A DNA stretch of 64,000 nucleotides from an uncultured Sutterella sp. GTDB lineage: Bacteria > Pseudomonadota > Gammaproteobacteria > Burkholderiales > Burkholderiaceae_F. The stretch spans positions 10,326 through 74,325 of the forward strand of contig CAJMEC010000004.1 of assembly GCA_905212345.1 (NCBI GenBank), read 5' to 3'. A program made the translations under genes and the position numbers. The notes below the pieces were generated by a model. The model worked only from the letters and a program-made list of their open reading frames with translations. It did not search any database and had not been told where the DNA came from. Positions 50,587-60,708 of this stretch are shown in pieces (position 1 is the stretch's first letter; each line of letters begins with the position of its first letter).

Positions 50587-51332
50587 TTGTCATCTCCTTT
50601 ACCCAAACGTTTTTCCATTTCACGGATGAGATAGGCCAAACCCAATGTCATTACCCAGTACATCAAAGAAATGGTGAGGTACGGTTCCCAATAACGCGCC
50701 GAAGCACCGGCAACGGTACGGGCAGCGTAAGCCAATTCTGTCAAACCAATCGCGGAAACCAATGAGGAGTCCTTCAAAATAGCAATGGCATTATTGCCTA
50801 AAGCGGGCAGCATTCGACGGAAAGCTTGAGGCATGATGATGTGGCGCATTGTTTGCCACCAGGTCATGCCGATGGATCGAGCGGCTTCCGTTTGACCTTT
50901 GTCGAGCGACTGAATGCCGGCGCGGAAAACTTCACTCATATAAGCGCCGGCATTCAAGGTAATGGCAAAAAAGCCGGCGATAAAAGCGCCGTAGTCACTG
51001 CGAAGCTCACGGGCAAGTGCCCCGTCAATGATGAGACCGTCGACCGGATGAATGAAAATCGGCAAGACAGCAAAGTACATCAAGAAAATCTGAACGAAAA
51101 GGGGAGTGCCACGGAAAAAGCTCACCCAAATGGTCACAGGCCAACGAACGCCGTAATAAAGTATTGTCTTCCAGGGGTCATGTCTGGCGCTGGCCATTCT
51201 CGCCATGCCCAAAATCATCCCAAGCACAATGCCACAGCAGACGCAACCGATTGTTAATTCAATGGTAATTTCTGCGCCTTCAACGAACAGCGGCCAGTAC
51301 TCAGCCAATACGTCTAAACGAAAACCACCCAT
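50583..51332 (-). CDS. Polar amino acid ABC transporter permease
   Basis: EAA-like loop (...[22 protein letters not shown]...). 249 aa. 4-nt overlap with the ATPase gene. Confidence 0.85.
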   Translation of the reverse strand: MGGFRLDVLAEYWPLFVEGAEITIELTIGCVCCGIVLGMILGMARMASARHDPWKTILYYGVRWPVTIWVSFFRGTPLFVQIFLMYFAVLPIFIHPVDGLIIDGALARELRSDYGAFIAGFFAITLNAGAYMSEVFRAGIQSLDKGQTEAARSIGMTWWQTMRHIIMPQAFRRMLPALGNNAIAILKDSSLVSAIGLTELAYAARTVAGASARYWEPYLTISLMYWVMTLGLAYLIREMEKRLGKGDDK

Positions 51333-51414
51333 TTATTCTTACCTCTTTTATCCGAAAAACCCGACAACGCTTTTGTAAACGCTGTCGGGAACTTTTCTTA
51401 AACGTATTTATAAA

Positions 51415-52221
51415 TTACTTGATCGGCAATTGAGGAACGGGGGTGTTTTCACCGAACCACTTTTTGTAAACCTTGGCATAAGCGCCCGATTCAATCGTCT
51501 TCTTCAAACCGGCGTTGATTTGATCGAGCAATTCCTTGTTGCCCTTGCGGACAGCAATACCGAAGTATTGATCTTCAAAGCTCGGATCGCGCGTCATATT
51601 AAATTGCTTATCGGGATTCTGTGCGGCGTAGTAGGCAAAGACACCGACGTCACCAATGGCGGCGTCAACACCACCGGCGGAGAGTTCTTCCAGAGCCAAC
51701 GGCGTATTGTCAAAACGCTTGATGTTCTTGCTGGCCTTGCCGAAAACCTTGGTGGCGGCGATGTCGCCTGCGGAATTAGCCACCACGGACACGTTCTTAC
51801 CCTTTAAATCGTTGATCGAATTGATCTTCAAATCCTTTTGCGTAAGAATCAATTGGTGGGCGGCAAAATAAGGCAGCGAGAAATCAACCGCTTCCTGACG
51901 TTGGGGCGTAATCGTGATGCCGCTCATAATCATGTCACGGTCACCATTTTTGACGGATTCAAAAATGACGCCAAAGAGCGTGTTAATGAATTCCACCTTA
52001 AAGCCCTGAGCTTTAGCTATTTCTTTCATTAAGTCAATATCGAAACCCACAATTTCTTTGTTAGGGGTTTGGAATTCAAACGGACGGTACGTTGCGCCGG
52101 TACCCACCGTGTAAGTCGGGACTTCTTTGGCTGAAGTAGTTTGATCAGCCATCGCGCCGCAGGAAAAACCAGCGCAGGCGAGAGCAATTGAAGCAGAAAC
52201 GATTAAGTGTTTAAAGGACAT
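51415..52221 (-). CDS. Polar amino acid ABC transporter periplasmic substrate-binding protein
   Basis: Signal peptide. Family-3 SBP motifs (GFDIDL...; ...GITIT...). 268 aa. Confidence 0.85.
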   Translation of the reverse strand: MSFKHLIVSASIALACAGFSCGAMADQTTSAKEVPTYTVGTGATYRPFEFQTPNKEIVGFDIDLMKEIAKAQGFKVEFINTLFGVIFESVKNGDRDMIMSGITITPQRQEAVDFSLPYFAAHQLILTQKDLKINSINDLKGKNVSVVANSAGDIAATKVFGKASKNIKRFDNTPLALEELSAGGVDAAIGDVGVFAYYAAQNPDKQFNMTRDPSFEDQYFGIAVRKGNKELLDQINAGLKKTIESGAYAKVYKKWFGENTPVPQLPIK

Positions 52222-52587
52222 ATTGAACTCCGGTATCCAGTGTTTTTATTCATTGGGAAAATTGATTTTCCTTTTTCGAAAATTATGGTGATTTTCCTTT
52301 CGCTGACAAGAAGAATTTTTTCAAATAGATCAAAAAGTTAAGCACTCTTACTTAGTCGAAAAAATGAAAACAAAAGGCATCTTTTTGTCGACATTTTTCG
52401 TGCTTTTGGCGGAGAAACAAAAAGCTTTTAAAAATGAATAAGTTAACCAAAAGATAAAGACGAACGATTGGCAATGATTGACAAATAAAGGATTTAAATC
52501 ATAAAAATCAGGTCAGTTTAAAATACGATTCAAGACTGCCAAAAGGGATGTAGACCGCAAACGTTTTTTCCAAACAGAGCACACCAA

Positions 52588-53508
52588 TTGAAGACTTCGA
52601 ACGAAACTCAAAATAAAGGATTAACGCTGGGGATTTTCAGCGCCCTGGGGGCCTATTGCATTTGGGGTTTGATTGCCCTTTATTGGAAGTTGCTGACTGA
52701 GGCCGATGATGTAGAGATCCTCGCCCATCGCATTGTTTGGTCATTGGTCTTTGTGATTGGCCTTTTGATTGTCAAACACCAATTGGGATCAACACTTCGT
52801 TTATTAAAAAATCTGTTCATTGCCCCCAAGGAAAACCATACGTTACTTTTGGTGTTAGCAACAGTTTTTGCCTCAGCGAATTGGTTAGTCAATATTGTCG
52901 GCGTCACGGCCGAACGGGTGGTGGAGTTAAGTTTAGGAACCTTTCTTACACCATTGGCGACCATGGCAATCGGGGTAGTGGTGTTTTCTGAAAAGATTTC
53001 TAAAGTCAGACTGGCCGCCATTGCTCTTGCCGCAATTGGCGTTGCGGTTTTGATTGCCGGCCTGGATCGCTTCCCCTGGATTGCCATTTTGGTGTCTTCC
53101 ACTTGGGCGACCTACGGAGCTTTAAAGAAAAAGATTGTGATTGAACCGCTTAAAAGTGTCGCCATTGAGCACATTCTGATGGTCGGACCAGCTTTGGCTT
53201 ATCTTTTGAGTTCACAGGGATATTATCTGTCGCATTTTGCCGAGGGCTTTAGCGGGCATCTCAGCTTAGCATTAATGGGCACAGGGATTGTCACATCTGT
53301 CCCCATGATCTTGTTTTCTTTTGCCGCTCAAAGACTGCCCATGACCGTTTTAGGCATCATTCAGTTTTTAAGTCCGGTCTTAACGTTCCTGCTTGGGCTC
53401 TTTGTCTTTAAAGAACCGGTGACGACAGCAGAATTCGTCGCGTTAGGTTGTATTCTTTGTGCTGTAAGTCTCTATATTTTAGGCAATCAGCGTGCGCAGA
53501 CAGGTTAA
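52588..53508 (+). CDS. rarD: EamA-family transporter RarD
   Basis: 10 TM segments. N-terminal GIFSALGAYCIWGLIALYWKLL matches the RarD signature region. TTG start is uncertain. Confidence 0.7.
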   Translation: MKTSNETQNKGLTLGIFSALGAYCIWGLIALYWKLLTEADDVEILAHRIVWSLVFVIGLLIVKHQLGSTLRLLKNLFIAPKENHTLLLVLATVFASANWLVNIVGVTAERVVELSLGTFLTPLATMAIGVVVFSEKISKVRLAAIALAAIGVAVLIAGLDRFPWIAILVSSTWATYGALKKKIVIEPLKSVAIEHILMVGPALAYLLSSQGYYLSHFAEGFSGHLSLALMGTGIVTSVPMILFSFAAQRLPMTVLGIIQFLSPVLTFLLGLFVFKEPVTTAEFVALGCILCAVSLYILGNQRAQTG

Positions 53509-53700
53509 AACAGCTGCGGAGCCTGACCGCCGCCGATATAGTGAATATCGGACGACGTCCAATCAGTCTCAACTCATGCATTGATAGAAAGTTTCCAGAA
53601 CTAGCACCGCGCTGTTAATTTAATGGCCAAGTAGCTAAATAATTTAAAAATTTTTTCTTATTTCAAAATCAGCTCAAAAGCTGCCCGTAAAAATCGGAGT

Positions 53701-54282
53701 CTAAGCAAAGATTGTGTATGTGCAGTACAAAAGGGCAATGGCTAAGACAGTGTTGACAAATTTTGAGTAACGAGAAAACAGTATTGAGAATATTGCACCG
53801 AACGCAGACCACAAAAGCGTAAAGCCAAAACCAATAAAGGCTAAAAGAAGAGCGAATCCGATTAATGCGCGAGCTTCCCCATGATATATCGGCAGTATGT
53901 AGGTCTGCATGCTCAATATACAGTAGATGTAAATTTTGACATTGACAAACTGAAGAATCGCTCCGGACCAAAAACTATCTGATTGCATCGATTGAGCTAA
54001 ATCAGAACCGCTTTGATAGATTTGCCAGGAAAGCCAGACTAAATACAATCCGCCAATAATCTGCAATGGACGAATCAAAGAAGGAATCAGTGAAGCAAGT
54101 ACTTCGCAGAAAAAAGTACAAATTAACATCACCAAGCTGAAACCAAATAAAATACCAAAATTGAAAGGTAATGAAGCAACAAAGCCTTTGCGTGTGCCGT
54201 TTGCCATTGACATAATATTGTTGGGGCCAGGCGTCACGGCCGTGATTACTGCATAAGTAAGAAAGGAGTGCCAGTCGAACAT
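53701..54282 (-). CDS. LysE-family translocator (YggA/ArgO/RhtB-like)
   Basis: MFDWHSFLTYAVITAVTPGPNNIM... N-terminal signature. Start at 54282 (GGAG 7 nt upstream) preferred over the ORF-track start 54303. Confidence 0.75.
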   Translation of the reverse strand: MFDWHSFLTYAVITAVTPGPNNIMSMANGTRKGFVASLPFNFGILFGFSLVMLICTFFCEVLASLIPSLIRPLQIIGGLYLVWLSWQIYQSGSDLAQSMQSDSFWSGAILQFVNVKIYIYCILSMQTYILPIYHGEARALIGFALLLAFIGFGFTLLWSAFGAIFSILFSRYSKFVNTVLAIALLYCTYTIFA

Positions 54283-54327
54283 TGCAATCTCCAAATTTCC
54301 CATATATTAATATAATATATCAATATA

Positions 54328-54885
54328 ATGAAAAAAGACGCGGAAATATTGTTCTTATCGGAAAATCTCAAAAGATTGAGAAGAGATAAAAAATTGACTT
54401 TGGAAGTCACTTCTCAGTTGACGGGAGTTTCAAAAAGCATGCTTGCCCAAATCGAGCAGGGTAAAGTCAGCCCGACGATTTCTGTTTTATGGAAAATTTG
54501 CAATGGGTTGAAAGTTTCTTTTACATCACTGATGGAGTCTACCGCCCGAGAGACACAAGTGATTCGTCTTGAAGAACAACAACCTTTATCGCAAGATGAC
54601 GGTCGGTACCTAAACTATCCGATATTTATTTTTGATGAAAGAACACGTTTTGAAACGTACAGAATCGTAATCAAAAAAAACGGAAAACTAACTTCTGAGC
54701 CGCATCTAAAAGGAACAGAAGAGTATTTGACGGTTTTTCGGGGAAGTGTAAGGATTACAGCCAACGATCAGGTATTTGAATTAAAGGCTGGAGACTCTAT
54801 TGCTTTTAAAGCAGATTGCAACCATAGTTATGAAAATATTGGGCAAGAAGATGTCGAATTAAGTATGTTGATCTATTACTCATAG
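54328..54885 (+). CDS. XRE-family HTH regulator with C-terminal cupin domain
   Basis: HTH ...LTLEVTSQLTGVSKSMLAQIEQGKVSPTISVLWKIC plus a beta-rich C-terminus with a cupin-like G(x)5H-type region. Divergent from the LysE gene. Confidence 0.75.
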   Translation: MKKDAEILFLSENLKRLRRDKKLTLEVTSQLTGVSKSMLAQIEQGKVSPTISVLWKICNGLKVSFTSLMESTARETQVIRLEEQQPLSQDDGRYLNYPIFIFDERTRFETYRIVIKKNGKLTSEPHLKGTEEYLTVFRGSVRITANDQVFELKAGDSIAFKADCNHSYENIGQEDVELSMLIYYS

Positions 54886-55199
54886 AAAAGTTTGGGCGCG
54901 CTTTGATTTAATAATAACTTCGCTTTGGAAAAGAGGATATCGGCTGCAACCAATACAAAGTAATCAAAATTTTCGCGCCTCAAGCGGCTGTTTAACTCTG
55001 TTTTTTAAATAAACCGCCCGGAGCGCATAACCTTTCCTTTTGAGATTATCTTTTAATACAGAGTTTTCTCCTTTTTTTCTCAAATACTCGTACCAAATGT
55101 AGGTGTTTTCCCACCTTGTGCCTAAGTAAAAGTTCTTACACAATATCTACCGACCAGAGTTTACTCTCCACGTCACTTCTAAAATTGAGGAGTTTTAAA

Positions 55200-56258
55200 A
55201 TGAAAAAGACCTTGCTTGCAGCCGCCTTGGCCTTATCTTTAGCCGGCAGCGCCCTTGCCGCTCAATTGCCTAACGTTGCCATTTTGGCCACGGGTGGCAC
55301 GATTGCCGGCACAGCCGCTTCCAGCACCCAAGTGACCGGATACAAGGCCGGTGACCTTGCCATTCAAACCTTGATTGATGCCGTTCCCGCTATCAAAGAC
55401 TTTGCGAATGTCTCCGGTGAACAAATCGTCAAAATCAGCTCCAATAACATGACCGATGACGTGCTCTTAAAGCTCGCGAAGCGTTGCAACGAATTATTGG
55501 CTGATCCGAAGATTGCCGGTATTGTGATTACGCACGGCACCGATACGCTTGAAGAAACCGCTTATTTCTTAAACCTCACGGTTAAGAGCAAGAAGCCTGT
55601 GGTGCTCGTTGGCTCCATGCGTCCCGCCACAGCCATCTCCGCCGACGGCCCGATGAATCTTTTAAATGCCGTGAAGTTGGCTGCCGACCCGAATGCTCAG
55701 GATCGCGGTGTTTTGATTGCTTTGAACGACCAAATCAATTCTGCACGCGAAGGCACGAAGACCAATACCACCAACGTGGATACCTTCCAAGCTCCGACCT
55801 TGGGTCTTTTGGGATATGTCGCCGGCGGTCAAAACTATTTCTTGCGCGATACGACGATGAAGCACACGCATGAAACGGAATTCGATGTGAGCAAACTCGA
55901 TAAGCTTCCGCGTGTGGACATTGTTTACTCTCACGCCAATGATGACTCCGTCTTAGTCGACGCCGCTGTTAAGGCCGGCGCAAAGGGCATCATCTCCGCT
56001 GGTTCCGGTAACGGTTCCATCCATCAGGACACGGAAGTGGGCTTGGCCAACGCTGTGAAGAAGGGCGTTGTGGTTGTCCGCTCCAGCCGCACGGGCAGCG
56101 GTATCGTCACCCCCTCAGGTCCTGATGATAAGTACACCAAGGCCGGTTTCTTAAACGGTTACTCCTTGAATCCGCAAAAAGCTCGTTTGCTCTTGCAATT
56201 GGCTTTGACCAAGACAAATGATCCGAAGAAGATTCAAGAGATGTTTATGAAGTATTAA
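55200..56258 (+). CDS. ansB: Periplasmic L-asparaginase II
   Basis: Signal peptide MKKTLLAAALALSLAGSALAA. Catalytic LATGGTIAG. ...GIVITHGTDTLEETAYFL... GAGGAG RBS. The ORF-track start 55116 is an unsupported extension. Confidence 0.9.
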   Translation: MKKTLLAAALALSLAGSALAAQLPNVAILATGGTIAGTAASSTQVTGYKAGDLAIQTLIDAVPAIKDFANVSGEQIVKISSNNMTDDVLLKLAKRCNELLADPKIAGIVITHGTDTLEETAYFLNLTVKSKKPVVLVGSMRPATAISADGPMNLLNAVKLAADPNAQDRGVLIALNDQINSAREGTKTNTTNVDTFQAPTLGLLGYVAGGQNYFLRDTTMKHTHETEFDVSKLDKLPRVDIVYSHANDDSVLVDAAVKAGAKGIISAGSGNGSIHQDTEVGLANAVKKGVVVVRSSRTGSGIVTPSGPDDKYTKAGFLNGYSLNPQKARLLLQLALTKTNDPKKIQEMFMKY

Positions 56259-56292
56259 TGAACTGCTTGAATAGTCTCTGACTATTCCGTCA

Positions 56293-56329
56293 AAAGCTCC
56301 GAAGTTGACAAAATTTCGGAGCTTTTTTA
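56293..56329. terminator. Bidirectional intrinsic terminator (ansB / convergent gene)
   Basis: AAAAgctccgaa-...-ttcggagcTTTTTT. Confidence 0.65.
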
Positions 56330-56339
56330 ACTTAAATTA

Positions 56340-56906
56340 TTACTTCAAAAGATCGACTTTTAACTTGGTATCAATGGGCTTGGCGCCTAGCCAGATTTTT
56401 AAAACAGCTTGATAAAGTTTAAGACCGCCGATTTTTTCTCCGATCAACTTGCCGTTCACACTGACACTCGTTGAGCGCTTATCAGAGAAATCAAAATCCA
56501 CTCTATCGCCTTTTTTCACATCGCCGATCAAATTCATCACCTCAACCAGGGACTGCAATTCGGACTTGAGCTTTTCTCTTTCTATTTCGGTCGTATTATC
56601 CGAAATTCCATCTTTAAGCGCATCAACGAAGTCCGCCGCATCCACATCGCGTTCCAGCACCAAGCGAACGCTCTTCGGCCCACTCATCTCAATAACTGTA
56701 TTTGCATCATTGGACTTCTGTGTTAAATAAAGGCCGGCAGAATAAACATCTACAAAAAAGATCTCGCGCAGACCGGCGCCGTTTAAAACGAGTTCCGTAC
56801 CTTCTTTTGTTAATTTATCCGCAAATTGGCTGGAGCCCACTTGAACGGCGGCCATAGCAGAACCTGCCATCAAACAACAAGAAATCGAAATTAAAAGCTT
56901 TTTCAT
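56340..56906 (-). CDS. Secreted chalcone-isomerase-like (CHI fold) protein
   Basis: Signal peptide MKKLLISISCCLMAGSAMAA, then ...VLNGAGLREIFFVDVYSAGLYL... reminiscent of bacterial CHI-like/fatty-acid-binding proteins. Confidence 0.5.
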   Translation of the reverse strand: MKKLLISISCCLMAGSAMAAVQVGSSQFADKLTKEGTELVLNGAGLREIFFVDVYSAGLYLTQKSNDANTVIEMSGPKSVRLVLERDVDAADFVDALKDGISDNTTEIEREKLKSELQSLVEVMNLIGDVKKGDRVDFDFSDKRSTSVSVNGKLIGEKIGGLKLYQAVLKIWLGAKPIDTKLKVDLLK

Positions 56907-57006
56907 TATCAAATTGAAATGAGTTGATACAAAGTCGTGATTTTAGACATGTTTTAATCTAAAAGGTCTGACCTAAAATCAGTAAAAAAGAGGAGGGGGA
57001 TATGTC

Positions 57007-57681
57007 ATGGTTATTTCCGTGCATGTGACCGATCATAACAGGCGTTATACAACAGGCGAAGAGATTGCCAATGCTGTTACGCATGGTATTGCGGCTTTAA
57101 TGAGCATCGCCGGTTTAGCAATTTTAGTCGGCTTTGCTGTTGCCTACTCGGGCTCTCCAACGGTCATTACCGCAGTCAGCGTATTTGGCGCAAGCATGAT
57201 CTTTCTATACGTTGCCTCGACGCTTTATCACGCCATTCCCAATCCTAAAGCCAAACGAATCCTGCAACGGCTTGACCATTCAATGATTTATGTCCTGATT
57301 GCCGGCAGCTACACACCGTTTTGTTTAGTAACGCTTGAAGGAGTAACAGGTATTGCTCTTTGTATTGCGGTTTGGGCCATTGCGCTCGCCGGTATCGCAT
57401 TACAAGGTGTTTTAATCAAAAAGAGTAAATGGCTTAATTCGCTTTTGTACCTGGCGATGGGCTGGTTAGTTATTCTGGTCATTGAGCCATTGATAGAAAA
57501 TCTTGCAAACGGGGGATTGTGGTTGTTGACCGCTGGTGGCTTGTCATATAGTCTTGGCGTGATCTTTTACATCTGGAAATCGATTCCCTATAGTCACGCA
57601 ATATGGCACGTTTTTGTTTTTGCCGGCACTGTTCTACAGTTTCTTGCAGTATTACTGTACGTTATTCCTGTATTTCACTAA
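57007..57681 (+). CDS. Hemolysin III-family (PAQR) membrane protein
   Basis: EEIANAVTHGIAALMSIAGLAILV... and seven TM segments, with the conserved H...H pattern near the C-terminus (SHAIWHVFV). Confidence 0.8.
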   Translation: MVISVHVTDHNRRYTTGEEIANAVTHGIAALMSIAGLAILVGFAVAYSGSPTVITAVSVFGASMIFLYVASTLYHAIPNPKAKRILQRLDHSMIYVLIAGSYTPFCLVTLEGVTGIALCIAVWAIALAGIALQGVLIKKSKWLNSLLYLAMGWLVILVIEPLIENLANGGLWLLTAGGLSYSLGVIFYIWKSIPYSHAIWHVFVFAGTVLQFLAVLLYVIPVFH

Positions 57682-57718
57682 TAAGAAATAATTAGGCCCG
57701 CAACAGCGGGCCGTGATT

Positions 57719-58183
57719 TTATTGAGCCGGATGAATCGGAATCACTCTTTGGTTTGTGCTCCCGAAATATTGTCCTTGTTCTTTCACTTTAAGTTTTTCG
57801 ACGTAAGGACCATCAACCAATGTGTCAATATAGTCCATGATTTCACGGTCTTTAAAGTGCTCATATTTGCGTCCTGTCCAAACCCAAATAGTCTTATCCG
57901 GGCAGGCTTGGCGAACTCGTTTGCACAATTGTGTGACAGGACCGATATTTTGCTCTTCAAACGGGTCTCCGCCCAAAACGCTCAAACCTGACATGTAAGG
58001 GCGCTTAAGTAACTCAATGATGCGCTCAATGGTTTTCTCGTTGAAATCGTCTCCGGCGTCAAAGTCCCAAGACTCAGGATTAAAACAGCCCTTGCAGTGC
58101 AGGGTGCAGCCCGAGACAAAAAGCGAAACTCGCACGCCGGGACCGTTGGTCGTATCAAATTCACGTAATTGAGCGTACTTCAT
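57719..58183 (-). CDS. nrdG: Anaerobic ribonucleoside-triphosphate reductase activating protein (radical SAM)
   Basis: GPGVRVSLFVSGCTLHCKGCFNPESW (CxxxCxxC radical-SAM cluster). 154 aa. 12 nt downstream of nrdD. Confidence 0.85.
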   Translation of the reverse strand: MKYAQLREFDTTNGPGVRVSLFVSGCTLHCKGCFNPESWDFDAGDDFNEKTIERIIELLKRPYMSGLSVLGGDPFEEQNIGPVTQLCKRVRQACPDKTIWVWTGRKYEHFKDREIMDYIDTLVDGPYVEKLKVKEQGQYFGSTNQRVIPIHPAQ

Positions 58184-58195
58184 TGACAAGCCTCA

Positions 58196-60358
58196 CTACA
58201 TCGACACACGGCGCTTGATTTCAGCCATTTTGCCATCGTTCATACGCGATTGACCATTCACATTGCTGTAACCCAAGTAACCACAGACACGACTGATGAC
58301 TGACAAGTTGTCGCTACCGCAGTGCGGACACTTGAACATGACGTTCGTCGAGTGCTTGCCGCAATTATTGCAGTAAGCTGCGTCAAAATTAACACCTTGA
58401 TAGAAGCCCATGTCCATGCCGCGTTCAATGATCGCCTTGTCAGCTTCGAAGTTTTCAGGGTTCGTTAAGCGTACATATTGAATATGGCCGCCTTCACACA
58501 AGTGGAAGCACTTGAATTCATGGTCTTGTTTTTCAAACGGAGAAATATCTTCCGTAACATTCAAGTGGAACGAATTCGTGAAGTATTCGGTACTGTAGTG
58601 TTCAGCCGTTGCAAATTCATTGACCAAGCCCATTTCCTTGCAGTAGTCGTCGTACTGACGAGCCTGCGTAGCGCAAAGGCTCTCAGCGGGCGTACCGTAA
58701 ATAGCATAGAGGTAATGATCTTCTGCCTTGAATTCATTCAGTTTTTGTTGCAAGTAACGCAACACTTGAACAGCAAACGCAGAATTGTCTTCAATCATTC
58801 GCTTGCCCGTCCAGAGATAAGTTGCATCATCCAATGCGGTGATACCGAAACTGGCCGTCATGTAATCGACCAAGTCACCGACACGGTCATCGGGATCCTT
58901 CGTACCCTTGTAGAAGCCGCCTTGCGTAAAGGCCAAGGGGTTGGAAGAGCAACGTTGGTTGCGAATCACATCGTAGCGCTTCTTTAAGAAGTCACGAATC
59001 ACCTGCAGGCGATCGTCGAGCAAATCCCAGAACTTTTCACGCCAATCCAAGGGATGCTCGGTCATGGCCACCTTGATCATCAAGGGGATGTTCAAGCTCA
59101 CAGCACCGATATTGCAGCGGCCGATTGTGACATATTTGCCGGTTTCCGGATCCTTCCACGGAGAGAGGTAAGCGCGGCAACCCATGGGGCTCGTGATGAC
59201 GCCTTCTTCTTTGAAAAGACGGGAGACCGTGCCGTACTCACTTGAAATGCTAAGGTAGTCCGGATACATGCAGGTTGAGGAAGTCTTAACGGCTTCGTCG
59301 AAAAGCTGCGCGCTGTGCAAATCACCGTGCACTTGCTTCTTATCGTAGAGATAAACCAACTTCGGAAAGACCACGGGCTTGTGGTCGGGACCGTGGCCGT
59401 TTCTGCGCACACGCAACATAACGGAATTGATGAGACACAAGAGGCGCTTGTCATCCTCGGGCAAAGAGACATCCCATTGACCGAAAGAAATCGTGGTGAA
59501 AGCAAAGTCGCCTCGGCTACAAGGCACAGTGTTTAACTTCAATTCGAGAGACTGGAAGCCTTGCTCCAACTCGCGAAGCAAAATCTTATCGGCGTATTGA
59601 CGGGCAACGTCTTCGTTCAAACCCAATTCATTTTGCGCATCCCCAAAAGCTTTATTCCAGGTCTTGTGAGCGTAGGGCAGAAGAACCTTATCCAATTCAG
59701 CTAACGTAAAGCCGCCGAATTGTTGAGCTGTGGCCACAAGCGTAATGTCGCCGATCACCTGCAGGGCAGAAAGCACCGTCTTCGGTTCCGTGTATTGAAC
59801 ATTGGACATTTCAAAACCACCCTGAAGGACCGTCTTAATATCAAACAAACAGCAATTAACGCAACCCAAAATCATGTCGCGCAGGTCATGGATGTAAATG
59901 TCGCCGCGTTCGATCAATTCTTTTTCTTTAGCCGACAGATAGAACTGTTTATAAAGGCTCTTAGTCAAATACCCCTTGATCAAAGAACCCTTAGTGGACA
60001 CCAAGGAGCTGTCAAAGTTAGCGTTTTCACGATCGCCCAAACGAAGGACATCGTCGGCATCCTGACGCAATTTTTCAAAAGTCTTGGCGTAATTGGTCTT
60101 ATAGTAACGATACTCAGCGTAGGCTTTTGCGACATCTTCAAAGCCCGTGACAGAAAGGACGGCAATAACGAGTTCGTGAAGTTCAGCAACAGTCACCTGG
60201 TCGCGTTCTTTAATACGACGCAAAATAGCATCAACAATTTTTTGACAAGACGCTTCATCAACGATCTTGTCGCAACGCATAGCTGCCTTATTAACGGCAA
60301 CGGAGATTTTCTCTGGGTTGAAATCTTCAAGCGACTGGTCTTTCTTTACAACTTTCAT
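58196..60358 (-). CDS. nrdD: Anaerobic ribonucleoside-triphosphate reductase (class III)
   Basis: N-terminal ATP-cone (MKVVKKDQSLEDFNPEKISVAV). C-terminal Zn ribbon CNNCGKH...CPHCGS and glycyl-radical motif RVCGYLG. Start placed at MKVVKK (AAGGA RBS). About 720 aa. Confidence 0.9.
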   Translation of the reverse strand: MKVVKKDQSLEDFNPEKISVAVNKAAMRCDKIVDEASCQKIVDAILRRIKERDQVTVAELHELVIAVLSVTGFEDVAKAYAEYRYYKTNYAKTFEKLRQDADDVLRLGDRENANFDSSLVSTKGSLIKGYLTKSLYKQFYLSAKEKELIERGDIYIHDLRDMILGCVNCCLFDIKTVLQGGFEMSNVQYTEPKTVLSALQVIGDITLVATAQQFGGFTLAELDKVLLPYAHKTWNKAFGDAQNELGLNEDVARQYADKILLRELEQGFQSLELKLNTVPCSRGDFAFTTISFGQWDVSLPEDDKRLLCLINSVMLRVRRNGHGPDHKPVVFPKLVYLYDKKQVHGDLHSAQLFDEAVKTSSTCMYPDYLSISSEYGTVSRLFKEEGVITSPMGCRAYLSPWKDPETGKYVTIGRCNIGAVSLNIPLMIKVAMTEHPLDWREKFWDLLDDRLQVIRDFLKKRYDVIRNQRCSSNPLAFTQGGFYKGTKDPDDRVGDLVDYMTASFGITALDDATYLWTGKRMIEDNSAFAVQVLRYLQQKLNEFKAEDHYLYAIYGTPAESLCATQARQYDDYCKEMGLVNEFATAEHYSTEYFTNSFHLNVTEDISPFEKQDHEFKCFHLCEGGHIQYVRLTNPENFEADKAIIERGMDMGFYQGVNFDAAYCNNCGKHSTNVMFKCPHCGSDNLSVISRVCGYLGYSNVNGQSRMNDGKMAEIKRRVSM

Positions 60359-60488
60359 GGCACATCCTTGGGCTATCGACACCACGCCGATATAGAGAAT
60401 TTTTGATCAACAGGCGTGCCATTTTAAACACAACGATTCGAAATTTAAAGTGGATAACTACCATGTTTTGTTAAGATAAAAAAGCTTG

Positions 60489-60504
60489 ACACTATATATA
60501 GTTT
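60489..60504. promoter_or_regulatory. Candidate NrdR box upstream of nrdDG
   Basis: ACACTATATATAGTTT matches the 16-bp NrdR operator consensus (acaCwAtATaTwGtgt) at 15 of 16 positions. Central 12 bp ACTATATATAGT is a perfect palindrome. About 130 bp upstream of the nrdD start. Confidence 0.45.
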
Positions 60505-60708
60505 TCGAAACTTAAGACTTTTTTGAAATATGAATATAGTCAATAGGTTAGGCAATATGAATTAGTGTTAAAAAAAATTGTAAATACTATGAATTTTCTA
60601 TAGGAGCAATAATTTGATGCTATTCATATAACTGAATGAAAATTTAAAAAAACTTTTAGTTAGAGCATAATTGAAAGTATAACTTGTTGAAATTTCGTAA
60701 ATTTAACC

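Noticed and set aside
55116-55199. Upstream extension of ansB and of several other ORFs (15529, 23677, 27144, 54303, 60385)
   Set aside because: The extensions lack homology and RBS. Internal ATGs with SD sequences coincide with the start of conserved sequence or the signal peptide.
60520-60545. Second NrdR box partner
   Set aside because: Only a half-site (ATATAGTCA) is present. It does not meet the 16-bp palindromic consensus.
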